64,000 nucleotides of DNA. It comes from Rhynchobatus australiae. Lineage: Eukaryota. The stretch is taken from contig JAUZTB010000017.1 in NCBI GenBank assembly GCA_034780895.1, positions 33,611,435-33,675,434 on the forward strand, written 5' to 3'. Position 1 is the first letter of the stretch, and each line of letters begins with the position of its first letter. Positions 1 through 12,139 of this stretch are shown here, one piece after another. The notes beneath the pieces were generated by a model, which ran no database searches, was not told where the DNA came from, and saw nothing but the letters and a program-made list of their open reading frames with translations. A program made the position numbers and the translations under genes.

Positions 1-18
1 CCCCCACCCCATGGAAGC

Positions 19-372
19 CTACCGAATACTGAAAGGCCTGGATAGAGTGGAGGTGGAGAGGATGCTTCCAGTAGTGGGAGAGTCTAGGACCAGAGGGCAC
101 AGCCTCAGAATAAAAGGACATCCCTTTAGAATAGAAATAAGGAGGAATTTCTTTAGCCAGAGGTGGTGAATCTGTGGAATTCATTGCCACAGACGGCTGC
201 GGAGGCCATATTTAAAGTGGAGGTTGATAGGTTCTTGATTAGTAAAGGTGTCAAAGGTTATGGGGAGAAGGCAGGAGAATGGGGTTGAGAGGGAAATGAT
301 CAGCCATGATTGAATGGCAGAGCAGACTCGATGGGCCGAATGACCTAATTCTGCTCCTATGTCTTAATGTCT
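19..372 (+). mobile_element. CR1/HER1-like LINE 3' end
   Basis: aaaggcctggatagagtgga...gaggaatttctttagccagag-gtggtgaatctgtggaattc...gatgggccgaatgacctaattctgctcctatgtctt, a typical CR1 ORF2 end and 3' UTR. Confidence 0.85.
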
Positions 373-927
373 TCTGGAGAACACAGGTTGGCCACTGCAA
401 CTGCTTGCACGAACAGATACTTCTGCTGAATCTGCCACTAAATGAAGGCCTTGTAGAGATGATATTGTGACTGGCCCCTGGAGGGGAAGGCAGCAGAAAT
501 AAATATTGACCATTCAAAGAGCAGAAGCAAGTTGATGAATGAATGAAAAGGCATCAAAAAATTGTGCAGAGCTGGCCAGAAGGAGGCAGTGTGAGGTCAT
601 GATGTGTGTCTCCAGCAGCAAGTTTAATCACAGATGTGTCATCATATGGCACTTTCTCAGCACAGCCTCATAATTCACTTAAAGGGAAAGCGAGCAATTT
701 TTTAAAGCTCCCTGGTAATGAGGAAAGGAAAAAATAAACATAAGACAACTGGATTTGATAACCTTTAATTAAGTCAGCTTTTTTAAAATCAATATTGATG
801 CATTTGGGTTGGGACTTTTCCCTGCCTGGCTGTTCTGGTGACAGAAGTGATGGGTGTCCCCTTCGGGTGTCCTGGGGGACTGAATGCTATTATTAGACAA
901 TAATTATTTAAAAGCAACAGCATGTCC

Positions 928-1050
928 TTCTAGAGCAACAAACAATCTGCTGGAAGAACTCAGTGGGTCAAGCAGCATCTATGGAGTAGGGGGAAAGGAA
1001 TTGTCAACGTTTTGGGTTGAAACCCTGCATCAGGACTGAGAGTGGAGAAG
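928..1050 (-). mobile_element. Penelope-like element terminal-repeat fragment
   Basis: Minus strand cagtcctgatgcagggtttcaacccaaaacgttgac...agatgctgcttgacccactgagttcttccagca; same repeat that accompanies PLE RT sequence at 10815-11305. Confidence 0.7.
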
Positions 1051-2379
1051 CTAATGCCTTGTAAACACTTAACCATTGAATTCTCTGCCCTGTGGACTGT
1101 GGGTGCTTCAATTTTGAGTATAACCAGGTCTGAAACATAGACATTTGGGGGTCCGCGTAAAGACAGGGATACGGTGGGAAAGCTGAATGTATTAACTGGT
1201 GGAGCAGAATCAAGAGGCAGCAGAGCCCCATTACTATTTGCGATGATTCTTGCCTCTCCCTGATTTGTTTTTTCCTTCTACTTCTCTGTGATTTATCATG
1301 ATGCTGCTTGTACTTCTCTAGTTGTCTGTGATATTTTGTCCCACAGTAACAGGTTGCAATATAATTGAGTATTTTATGTTGCTGCAGCAACTGAATTAAT
1401 GCTTGTCTTGAAAACCTAATGCATTACCTTCCAATGCAGCCTGTGCAGCAGCACTCCATGCATGGCATTGCAGTGGAAGCTCAGACTGTCTATGCTTAAC
1501 ACTGTGCACAGAGCTGCGAGGTTGCAACCAGGCTGATAGACTTTGCAAGGGGAGCGGCAGTGGCTACATGGAGCATAAACCTTGTGAAGTGTTTCCCATG
1601 CCACTAAGGCCCTTGCTGTTGCCTGCTAGCCAGATTGCCGCCACTCATGCCAAGATAATGTGGTCCAAAGCCAGGGCTCATGGGACAACCTATCCATTCT
1701 AAGGTGTAGTGCCTTTCCAAGGTAGTAGTCCTTGCAAGCCTTTTTTCCCAATTTTGTCAGATATTTTTCCTTTTATATTCTAGTCCTCCGGTTATTAAAG
1801 GTGAACATTCCATTAATCTTAAAAAATAAAGTTGATCAGTGTGCATGGACCCTCAGAGTTCACAGGTTTCTCTTGTCCCAGCAGAAGTGCCTGTTTCTGT
1901 CTCTTTAGTTTGTAGCAGTACTAATACTGTGAATTAAAACTCATGCTCATTTATTACTAATTCTACTCCTGAATGAGCAGTTAACCAAGGAGAACACAGG
2001 AGTGCTTGCTTCTGTCTCCAGTTTGTGGCAGTAGGTCCTCTCTGAGGTCTTCTGCCGCTATCTCCCCCGGCAACTCTATCTCCCCTGGCAACTCTCAGCC
2101 TGCCAAGTGACACTGTGATTGAACTGTGTGGGAGCCATAGTACAAAGTAAAGCACGCAGAAGGCAGGTGCTTACAGAAATGATTAAGGGTGATTAATCAG
2201 CCTTTGTATGCAGTTTGGGAATATTTAAGATTTGTAAATTTGGATTTGGAATGTTTATTTTTTTATTTCAATTCCATGTTTGTATTGTGGCCGGGTGGAT
2301 GTTCAACTGCAAAGGGAAGGGAAGTTAAAAGACTGTAGGCAAATGAGGTTTAGGGTTGTCGTTGATGGCAGCACGTTAC

Positions 2380-3110
2380 TAAGTTGTTCGGTGAGAGCCT
2401 TAGCGGCAGTTTTGGTTGCCATCTCATTTTCTCTTTCTCCTCCTCCTCATCCTCATGATCCTACATTTCAAATGTACATTTAGTTCCAAAGCACATTTTG
2501 AGGTCATGAAAACGGCTTAATAACTGCTAACTTTTGTTTTTCCCTTCTTTCTGTTTTTGCTTCTCCTCCTCGACTGCTCCTGCCTCTGCTGACCCTCATA
2601 GTGACGAGCTCATGCAACGTGCAGTGGACCACCTTGAGTCATGACATCTACTTTGCCAGGTGTTGCAGCGATCCTCCGGAGCATTGTTTCTGCAAACCAA
2701 TGGTCTGTCCTATCACATGCTCTATGACAGCCTGGCTCCCACCGCAGGCATGCTGTGTGGATTACACAGTGCAGCCATCAGCTATACTATTAGTGGGTAG
2801 TCCATGTAGCCCAGCAGCCACCCTTAAAATGTAGCTGACGTCATTGCCTTTTGCAGATTGAAGTCATCCTGACCATTCACAGGATACAGGGGAATGGCCT
2901 ACATGATTTGCTGCCTCTGGTTTTGCAGAAGCTAGATACCGTTTCTGAGGCCAGTATAGGTCAGAGTTGGCATGCGGGGTGCTCACAACACATTGTGTGG
3001 GCAGTCAATGGCGTCTGTGGGGAATCCGTAACCCCACCAGTGTGGTTTACCCTCTGCATTCTGGTCTCCGGCAAGAGAGAATTAAGTATGCTAAGGTCTC
3101 CTTGAATAGA
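2380..3110 (-). pseudogene. Decayed PIF/Harbinger (HARBI1-like DDE) transposase
   Basis: Collinear motif remnants with stops and frameshifts: GFP-DAIDCPH (cf. GFP...GAIDCTH), YPVNGQDDFNL (cf. YPGSxHDxFIL), GWLLGYMDYPL (cf. GWLLGDxGYPL), VIGQTIGLQKQ (cf. VIExTIGxLKxRF), VVHCTLHELVTMR (cf. CCxLHN), then an acidic tail. Confidence 0.8.
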
Positions 3111-3184
3111 TTCGCAGTGACTTCCTTTACTTACCAGTAGACAGAGGTGTGAACTGTTGAAAGTATCTCCAGCACTATCCTGCA

Positions 3185-3440
3185 CATCGTGCTATGTACC
3201 TGTGATGCTGCTGCAAGTAAATTTTTCAGTGCACTTGTGCATACATGGACATGAGCATGTGACAATAAACTCGACTTTGAAACTACGAAACTTTGATAGG
3301 CCCAGATGCATAAATGTTCATAGAGTTGTAGGGTCGTAGATTTATACAGCACAGAAACAGGCAGGCCCTTTGTCCTATCAGCCACTGTCTGTAAGGAGTT
3401 TGTACGTTCTCCCCGTGTCTGCCTGGGTTTCCTCCGGGTT
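3185..3440 (+). mobile_element. Short fragments: Rex1/Babar 3' tail (3185-3280) and V-SINE core (3381-3440)
   Basis: gatgctgctgcaagtaaatttttca...gacaataaactcgactttga, and ctgtctgtaaggagtttgtacgttctccccgtgtctg. Confidence 0.7.
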
Positions 3441-3449
3441 TGAACAAAC

Positions 3450-3595
3450 CAAAGGGTGGCTGCTGGGCTACATGGACTACCCACAGATAACGTGACTGAC
3501 GGCTCCATTGTGTAATCTACACAAATATGGAGGGTGTGCCTGCCACGTGACCCAGGCTGTCATAGGACAGATTGCTGAAACAATGCCCTGATGTC
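3450..3595 (+). mobile_element. Second Harbinger transposase fragment, inverted relative to the first
   Basis: KGWLLGYMDYPQ...LCNL; homologous to the reverse complement of ~2680-2825. Confidence 0.75.
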
Positions 3596-4789
3596 AAAGG
3601 TCAAGACGATGTCAATCTGTAACAGGCAATCCCGTCAGCTACACTCCAGAAAAATTCAGCCCTGGTGCCAGATCTGCGTTGCACACTGATATAGATATCA
3701 TGATATGCTTGCTCTTCACATGCCTAGTGTGTATGATCTCTATCTGCTTGGTAATGATCTCATTATTATGGCATTCACTGCGAATCACCCACCCTGTGTG
3801 GATGGCTATGTGCTCCTGTCAAGAACCCTTCCACTGCTCCTCCTCCTTCTCCTTCCAGCATTTTGCCTTTTACTTTGTGCTCTTTGCTCACTTTCGCAAT
3901 CCTGCTGTATTCCAAATGGTGTGTTGGCTAATGCATCTGTGCCTGTGAACAACTGGTTTGTGGAGAAGCTTTCAAGGCATCAAAATAGCTTTCAGGACCT
4001 GTCCAACCAGTTCATGTAGTGTTTTACAACATGAAACAACCCAAGAAGGCATCAACCAGTTGTAGAATCAGATAACAATCTGAAGAAACAAGACCTAATC
4101 TGTAAGTAAATGATGGTCCCTTTAAATATCATGGTTGGAGGGCCCTTTCTGCTGCTGAAGATGTGTTTATCTGCGTCAGATGAATGGAGGGTGTTAGCTG
4201 GAATGCTGAGCTCCAAAATGGTAATGCTGGCAGTAGAACACTGGTTGATGTCATAAACTGCTTGTTCAATTCACTTCCAGTGGGTGTTCTTTGTGTACCA
4301 CTGAGTCATCCCACCTGACGACAAGTGTGTGGACTCTCCGTGGATGCCATTTTGGAAGACTTAGAAAACTTGCCACACCCAAAATATGACTATTAATTAT
4401 GTGAATTAATTGGCCAATGTTTTGTTTTAATTGTCACGAGTGAGTAATATGCTATTCACTAATCTAAAATAATTAAATCTTACAGCTCTGCTCTGAAATG
4501 CCTCATCTGTCATTTAAGTTCCTATGTATTTCCACTTGTGTTCTCAGCAGAGAAATATTAGCCATCACACTCCAGTGGCCACTCTGATGCCAGCAGAGCT
4601 TCTTGTCCCAATACTGTGAAATCAGGCCTCTTGTTAAGGCTTCCAACATATCATTAGTTATGATATTGAACAGGACATAGAAAATTACAGCCTTGTTTTT
4701 CTGTTTTTCCTGGAGAGAGAGGTTCAATACATCTCTTTATAGACCCTGAAGTTGGGGGACTTGCCATGGTCACAAATTCCCAAAGCTTA

Positions 4790-5305
4790 GAATCGTGGGA
4801 TCATAGAATTTTGAGCCCAGAAGGCCATTTGACCAGTCATGTTTATGCTAGCTTTTTGAAAAAGCACTGATGTTTAGTCCCAACCCTCTCCAAATAAACC
4901 TCCACATAACTCAAAGCTCTAATGCCAGTGCTCACTTTTTGTCCTTAACCCTGTAAGTTTTCTTCTTTAAGGACTTTGTCCAGCTCCAATTTTAAATAAT
5001 TTTCCAGCATTACTCAGACCTCAACATGCCCTGAGTAAAAACAAAGTGCCCGTCTCTCCTTTTGTTGATAATTTTCTGTAACTTTTGGTTATTGACCCAT
5101 TCATGAGAAGTAGTTTTCCTCTATTCTATCCTATCAAAATGTCTGGTCATCTTGAAACCTTCAGTTAGTTCACCTCTTCACCATCTCTGCCCTGATTTCT
5201 CCAACCTAATGTCTCTCATTCCTAGTATCATCCTCCCTTTCCTAGCATGTAGTCCCCAGAGTTGTCAACAATACTCCATCTAACGCCTAACCAGTGATCC
5301 GTGAA
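4790..5305 (-). mobile_element. Old CR1-like LINE 3' fragment
   Basis: Plus strand tcatagaa...gaaggccatt...acaatactcca..ctaaccagtg, the reverse complement of the CR1 3' end; highly decayed. Confidence 0.55.
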
Positions 5306-5312
5306 GTTACAG

Positions 5313-5940
5313 TATTGGTATTGGTATTGGTTTATTATTGTCACTTGTACCGAGGTGCAGTGAAAAACTTTTCTTACAAACTTGTCGTACAGGTCAATTC
5401 ATTACACAGTGCAGTTACACTGAGTTAGTACAGAGTGCATTGATGTAGTACAGGTAAAAAAAAGCAATAACAATATAGAGTAAAGTGTCCCAGCTACAGA
5501 GAAAGTGCAGTTCAATAAGGTGCAAGGTCACAACAAGGTAGATTGTGAGGTCACAGTCCATCTCATTGTATAAGAGAACTGTTCAATAGTCTTATCACAG
5601 TGGGGTAGAAGCTGTCCTTGAGTCTGGTGGTATGTGCCCTCAGGCTCCTGTATCTTCNNNNNNNNNNNNNNNNNNNNNNNNNNNNNNNNNNNNNNNNNNN
5701 NNNNNNNNNNNNNNNNNNNNNNNNNNNNNNNNNNNNNNNNNNNNNNNNNNNNNNNNNGAGCTTTCTTGGCCATGGCATCTACATGATTTGACCAGGACAG
5801 GCTGTTGGTGATGTTCACTCCCAGGAACTTGAAGTTGTCAACCCTCTTGACCTCAGCACCATTGATGTGGACAGGTGCATGTACACCGCCCCCTTTCCTG
5901 AAGTCAATAACCAGCTCTTTAGTTTTGTTGATATTGAGGG
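5313..5940 (-). mobile_element. Rex1/Babar-type LINE 3' part (contains N-gap)
   Basis: ORF remnants LNINKTKELVIDFRK...FKFLGVNITNSLSWSNHVDAMAKKA and RYRSLRAHTTRLKDSFYPTVIRLLN; (CCAATA)n tail. Confidence 0.88.
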
Positions 5941-6459
5941 AATATATCTCTTTGCCAGTATATATCTCTTTGCTTTTATTTTCTATTCCTTTATATATAA
6001 ACCCAAATAACCCATGTGCAGTTCTGTCCACCTTATGAACTTGCTTTGCCACCAATAAGGATTTGAGGATTTAGACACCTTTGATCTCTCTGCTCATCCG
6101 CATTCTTTAAATTTGTGCCCTGTCTACTGTATTGTAGTCCTTCCAAAGTGCCTTACTTCAAACTTCTCCCCATTGAAAGCCATCTGCCATGCTTTTATCC
6201 GGTTAAACACCCTGCCAATATCACCATGAATTCTACAACTAACTTCATCACTACTTACAATGTTTTTTATTACCTGCAACCTTTTTTATGCTTGTTAGGT
6301 CATTTATAAAAACAGAAACAAGTGATTAATCTATCCTGATCCTTAGGAACATCACTGCAAATTATCTCCAGATCTGAAAACCTTCATCTGCTTCCATTCT
6401 GTCACTAACTTAGTCCCATATCTACATTGTCACTTTTTCCTTTGTTCCCCTTCAAGTTA

Positions 6460-6650
6460 CACAGCATCATTGGTTGGAAATACATCACCATTCCTTCATT
6501 GTTCCTGCTAAATCCTGGAACTTCTACCCAAAAGCATTGTGAGAATACCTTCACCACAAGGACTGTGGTGGTTCAAGATGGTGGTTCCTGACCATCTTCC
6601 CAAGGGCAATTAGAGATGGACAATAAATGCTGGCCTTGCCGATGATGCCC
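6460..6650 (+). mobile_element. Non-LTR element 3' end (CR1/L2 group)
   Basis: ttggaaatacatc...aaatcctggaac...ggttcaaga...caagggcaattagagatggacaataaatgctggccttgcc. Confidence 0.6.
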
Positions 6651-6989
6651 AGGAAGGGAACGAAGGAGAACATGAATAAGAAAGAAAAAGGCCAGTGCCT
6701 TCCTAATGTCCACAACTGGTGGACTATCTGATCAATTCTTACTGTTAATTCTGTAAGGAATTCAGTCTTTAGTCAGACAAGATTATCATTCCAGGGAGAG
6801 ACTCAATGGGCCAATCAGCTCCCTTTTGTGTTGCATTCTTCTCTGCTTCCAGGATTTGCCTTTAACAAGTTCATGCAGGCTCTGCTAGATTAACACTTAC
6901 CAAATGCAAATCTATTTTGTCCATAATAATAGTTTCTAATATTGCTCCTTTGTTCAATTTTAGATTGACTGAACTCTTCTCTGTCATAA

Positions 6990-7620
6990 AATGGATGACC
7001 TCCCACAAGAAGGAACATCGTCTCTACATTCACCTTTTCAAAACCTCTCAGGATCTTATATGTTTCAATGAAGTCCACTCTCATCCTTCTGAACTCCAGC
7101 TAATACAAGTTAAACTTCCTCATAAGACAACCCACTCACTCCAGGTATCAAACTAGTAAATCTCTTCTGAACTGCATTACATAAAGAGACCCAGTACTGT
7201 ACATAGTATTCCAGATATAGTCTCACCAATACCCTGCATAACTGAGCATGACCTGTTTACTTTTGCACTCAATTCCCCTTGCAATAACGCAAACATACTT
7301 GCCTTTTGTGAATTATACACAAGGACACCAAGATCCCTCTGCATGACAATCTCTCACCATTTAGATAATATGCCTCTTTTTATATTTTCTGAATTCAGTC
7401 ACTTCCATAGTTTCCAATATTATACCCCATTTGCCAAATCTTGATCCAATCAGTTATCCATTTCTGGCTTCCTTATATACTCTCCACTTTACTGCCTCTT
7501 GTTGTGTCATCAGTAAATTTAGCAACCATTCCATCAGTGCCTTCATCCAAGTCACCTATATAAAGGGTAAAAAGTTGGGGCCCCAGCACCAACCTAAATG
7601 GTACATTTGCCACATCTTAT
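6990..7620 (-). mobile_element. CR1-like LINE ORF2 fragment
   Basis: ORF remnant MRVDFIETYKILRGFEKVNVETMF. Confidence 0.75.
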
Positions 7621-7679
7621 CAACCAAAAAAGCATCCATCGCTCTCTTGACCAATCACCTCTGGCCCTTGGCTCTCCAC

Positions 7680-7800
7680 TCCCCCCTTCGCTTTATACTG
7701 GCTGCTTCCTCTCTCCACTCTCAGTCCTGATGCTGGGTTTTGATCCAAAATGTCAGCAATTTCTCCCTGCTGCCCACAGATACTGCTCTGAGTTAGTCAA
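7680..7800 (+). mobile_element. Penelope-like terminal-repeat fragment
   Basis: ctccactctcagtcctgatgctgggttttgatccaaaatgtcagcaat...cacagatactgc, homologous to 928-1050. Confidence 0.6.
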
Positions 7801-9642
7801 AAAAAAGGGAGAATTATTGGGAAGCAATTGTGGTTGTGGGCAGGGAGGAGCTAGCAAATATTGTTCAGACAAATGTTGATTTTTTTTAGTGGTTTTTGGA
7901 AGAAAGGAATAAAAGGAAGAAAAACTCTTAAACCTTATGCACAATGAGACTCCATATCATTCATTGATCTTGGTTCAAAGTTATTCACAAGTTCACTTTT
8001 TCAGAACTTCAAGGAATTCACCAGACAGGTTCCTCTTGAATCACCAGAAGAAACTTTACTTTCAAATGCCGAACATTAGGAATTCAAAACAATAATTTGC
8101 TTAATTCATAGAACAACAGAAAAAAAATGAACTATTTCCACTAGGACTTTGTCAATTAACCGAAGGCATTAATGGCTACAGTTTTAATTTGCAATTTGTT
8201 ACATTTTCTAATCCTCCTGTGACCAAAACAACGAGTTCGTGCTTGGAGAATCACTAAAATATCTGGTTCAGCAGAGCTGGTTATAACCACACCTGAATGA
8301 TGATGCAATTCCACAGGTGAAATAGCAAAGTGAATTTTTGGCATTTGCTTCAGTGACTGAGCAATTAGCATACACGCCTTCAATTGAAAAATGTCACACC
8401 ACACCAGGGTATGTCTCAGCAGCCAGCTGTTCATTGGCTGCTCTAATCTCATTTCAATCTACCGTGCCCAACAAATAAGGTTGTAAACTCACAACTCCAC
8501 AGAACAGGCACAAAGATAAATATAAATCATGTCTTCTTATTATTAGTTTACTATAATGCATTTCCTATAATTTTTCTCCTGCACTCTTTTTAATAAGTAA
8601 ACAGCTGCTTCATATAAAAGACATAAAACAGCTGACTAATTATTGCCTTTTCGCATAAGGAAGTGTAAAAATCCTGTGCCGACATATGAAATAAAATTTA
8701 ATGTGGATCGCAAAGGGAATAGGCATTCTTTTATAGAAAACATCTGTACGAGTGAAATTACACACAGAGGAGTTTCACACTCGTTCAAACAGCTGTTATC
8801 CAGTTCATTTTCAGCTGCTGAAACAAGTAGGATGTATTGTTCCCTGATTGCAGCTATAAAACATATTTATTACACTTGAATTACCAATTTACGCTGCTTA
8901 ATTTAACAAGCACCACCAGGTCGAGTTTCATCATGTTGTTCTGATGACAAATCAACATTAGCATTTTAAGGCTTTAAGCAAAAGAATTGTCTAACCTATT
9001 GTACCGTATTAGTTACTTTTCACAGTGAACACCCTGCTCAACTTCACCATTTGCTGAAACAACTGAATACGAATCACATTTTAGCCAGTTTGTCACTTAG
9101 TACTGGCAGGAAGTGGGCAGAGAATAAGAGATGGGGTAAAAATTTTTCCTCTGCTTGCAGTGATGGCTTTACTATTATTTATCCATCTGGACTTCTCATG
9201 AAACTGGCAAAAAGTTAAATAATTTCATAAAATGTTTTCAAAAATGTAAATTTGAATTTGATGTGCCAGGTTCACGCCCCGTCTCCCATGGGCCTACAGC
9301 ACAGCAGCCCACCCTCAGTCCCACACTCGTGTGATGGTTGGCTCCAATTGTGTTTCATAAACCGTGCCATATTTCTCCCACCTGTCCACTGTGCCAGAAA
9401 AGAATACTCCTGGCAAAGGTACGAAGCAGAAACCTACTGATCTAACCTTGAAAGAGACAAGATTTGATATTTAGGATTAAGCGAGTTTAGTTTAAGTGTT
9501 AGCTTTTAAGAAATTCTCATGCAACTAGCGTATTCCTGCCACCAGCACGACCATTCCTTGTGGATGCCAGATGGCTGATACTACACCTGTTACTTCACTT
9601 CTGAATCTTGATCCCACGGAACTAAATATTGGAAGCAAAATA

Positions 9643-10116
9643 CAATAAAACTCAATAATCCGTTATCCAATTATTCAGAAGTTTCAATGATTTGGCATTT
9701 GACTTGCCCACACACGCTTCCAACTCACTGGGGCTCTGGTTTCCATGCTTCCTTACAACTTAACATGGTCCCAGTTCTCATTCTCCTTCCCAGTTCATCA
9801 GGGTCCCAGATCTTATGCTCTCTTCTAACTTACTGGGGACCCAGTTCACATGCTCCCATTCAACGTACCAGGGCCCTGGTGCCCATGGTTCCGTTCAACT
9901 CACTGGGGCCCTGCCTCCCATCCCATCTTTAATCTGACCATTGCCCCATGTTCGGTGCTATCTTTCAACTCACTGGATTAGCTGGAAAATAATAGTGTAA
10001 CATCCAAAAAAAAATTGAAATAAAAATGTTTTCGGTATTGATACAAATAATATCTAATTGCCTGGAAAATCTGCCAACCTGGTACTGCCAAAGCCTTGGG
10101 TGTGCTGGATTATTGG
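9643..10116 (+). mobile_element. Tc1/mariner (Tigger/pogo-like) MITE, copy 1, with internal ~35-bp tandem array
   Basis: TA|caataaaactcaataatcc left end; internal units resembling catgctcccttcaactcactggggccctggttcc; right part homologous to 14430-14573. Confidence 0.65.
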
Positions 10117-10814
10117 CTCTGCAGTTGGAGTAACAGTTGTAGCATGTGGCATTTCCCTGTGAAGGCCACCCTACAGGGTCATACACTCTTCTTCAATTTG
10201 AGGTGTATGTTGGTTTAACCTGCTTCTGTAAAACCCTCAGTGAATGTAACCTCCTACTGAAGCCTTTCTTTCCCCTTCCTGCTCTCCCCTCACCTCCACC
10301 CATTGCTCCCACCCGCTCCCCTTCCCCAGATGGACGTCCTGCCACGTTGCACCCTGACTCAGTAAAGTAGCCATGTGTAGGATAGCTCACTGCTGCAGAA
10401 ATCTGGAAGTTAGCACAAACTCCTTGCACCCTTGGCACACCAGTCCGAGGAAACAAAAGTTAAAGAAGTCTGGAAGTTCCAAACACACAACACAAAGCAA
10501 CGTTGTGCAGGAAACAATCCGCAATCAGCTTGTGAGAAATTGACAATCCTTTTTAAGCAGTAGTCCTCCTTGCTTCATCTTCCCTACATGTTCAACAGAT
10601 GGCGTTAAGTGCGTTGATGAGATCCAATTTAACAGCACTGTCCAACAGTTGAGGTCAGAATCTGTGTCCTCCCAATGGAGAGTAGAACTTGTGCTATTGC
10701 CTTATAAGATGGGAGTCATGGGAACTATTATTACAGATGTGCATGTGTACGTCGCTCAACAAACTGGACGCAAATCAGTGATCAATGCAGCCAAACAAAC
10801 GCTGCTCAACTGAA

Positions 10815-11305
10815 TGGAGACACCAGAGACTGCAGATGCTGGAATCTGGAGCAACACACAGAATGCTGGAGCAACTCAATCAGCACCCGTGGAGCACTTT
10901 TTATCAGGCCTTCCAGGTGTGGGATAGAAGTGTAAAGGGATTGGATGTCAACAGGGAAAATGAAGTGGTGGGGGCCAGGGATTGGAAGTTGTCGAAGTGG
11001 TGAAGAGCATGGGAGATGTCACGGATATAGTCAGGGAGTGACTGGACAAGATGGAGACGAGATGCAAGGAGATTATTTATTTTTTAAATGAAGAGCCCTG
11101 AGACTTTGCTGATGTGGGGTAGAAGTGTACAAAGAATGGATGTCCATTGTGAAAATGAGAAGATGGGGGCCAGGGAATTGAAAGTTGTTATTTTTCAATG
11201 GAGAACTCATCCAGATGAAGGCTGCCCAAAATGTTGACTGTCCATTTTCCCCCATGGTTGCTTCCTGACCTGCTGAGTTCCTCCAGTGTCTGTGTGCTGC
11301 TCAGC
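10815..11305 (-). mobile_element. Penelope-like retroelement remnant with inverted terminal repeat
   Basis: RT motif FQFPGPHLLIFTMDIHSLYTSTPHQQSLRAL (cf. FTMDVxSLYTxIPH); ends 10818-10880 and 11210-11300 are oppositely oriented copies of the terminal repeat. Confidence 0.8.
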
Positions 11306-11699
11306 TGGAGTTTGCCACCTCTATGTTTAAATGAACCATTGGGGAGTTGATGTGTGGAGTTCCTATTTTCAATCTGTCTCAATGCAACATCTGTGTAAAT
11401 TAAGAGAAAAGATGAAGGATAGTCTGAAATGTCCTATATGCACTTGTAGTTTTCTGCATCCATACAGTGGCTGGAGAATCAAGGTGGCTGCAAACACTTC
11501 CCCACCCCCTCCATCACTTCTTGCTTCCTGATGGTAAATACAAAAAGAAGAAACTGTTTCCTGGACCTGGATCTTCAGAGTATTATCCCACCAATGACTT
11601 CAATGTATAATTAGCTCCAGAGAACAAAAGAACAATCTAAGTAGGATACTGCATTTCAAATCAAAACCAATTTTTAAATCAACAAAGTCTAATTATTAT

Positions 11700-12130
11700 C
11701 TCGGGTGTATAATTGCCATTAAAAGTACATCAACATCCTGATAAACACTATTCAGGCTGGGTTTTTTTTTGCTGTTTGAATCCAGCTGCAATGGTACTGA
11801 ATTTGTAGATGATGTTAGGATAATTGTTATTGAAACTTTTACTTTTTCAGTTCCCTCCTGTGCTTTCAGTAATCTTATTGTCCTTAACAGAATCCGTCTC
11901 CTGATATTTCCCATAAGTCTTTTTCCACTTCAATGACCTTCTCTGTATCTTCCAGGGCTCTTACTGCTTTCCCTTGAAGTGTCGATTTTGTGCTTGAACA
12001 ATCTCTCCCCTAATGGCCCTGCATTGCCCCAATACCATGCTAGTTATCATCGTAGGTTACTGAAATTGAACTCCTCCCCAGTTTTCACCTTTGAAGTTTT
12101 CTGGTAATTATATTCATCATTATCTGAATT
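11700..12130 (-). mobile_element. Possible ancient L1-clade ORF2 fragment (post-endonuclease region)
   Basis: Purine-rich minus strand reading ...SMVLGQCRAIRGEIVQAQNRHFKGKQ*..., resembling L1 WDxxKAxIRGxII; multiple stops. Confidence 0.4.
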
Positions 12131-12139
12131 AAGCTGTAT

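Noticed and set aside
1400-2150. Possible second (Myb/SANT-like) ORF of the adjacent Harbinger element
   Set aside because: No recognisable motif could be read; position alone is insufficient.
9700-9975. CRISPR-like ~35-bp periodic repeat
   Set aside because: Degenerate head-to-tail units without unique spacers, inside a eukaryotic MITE; no cas genes.
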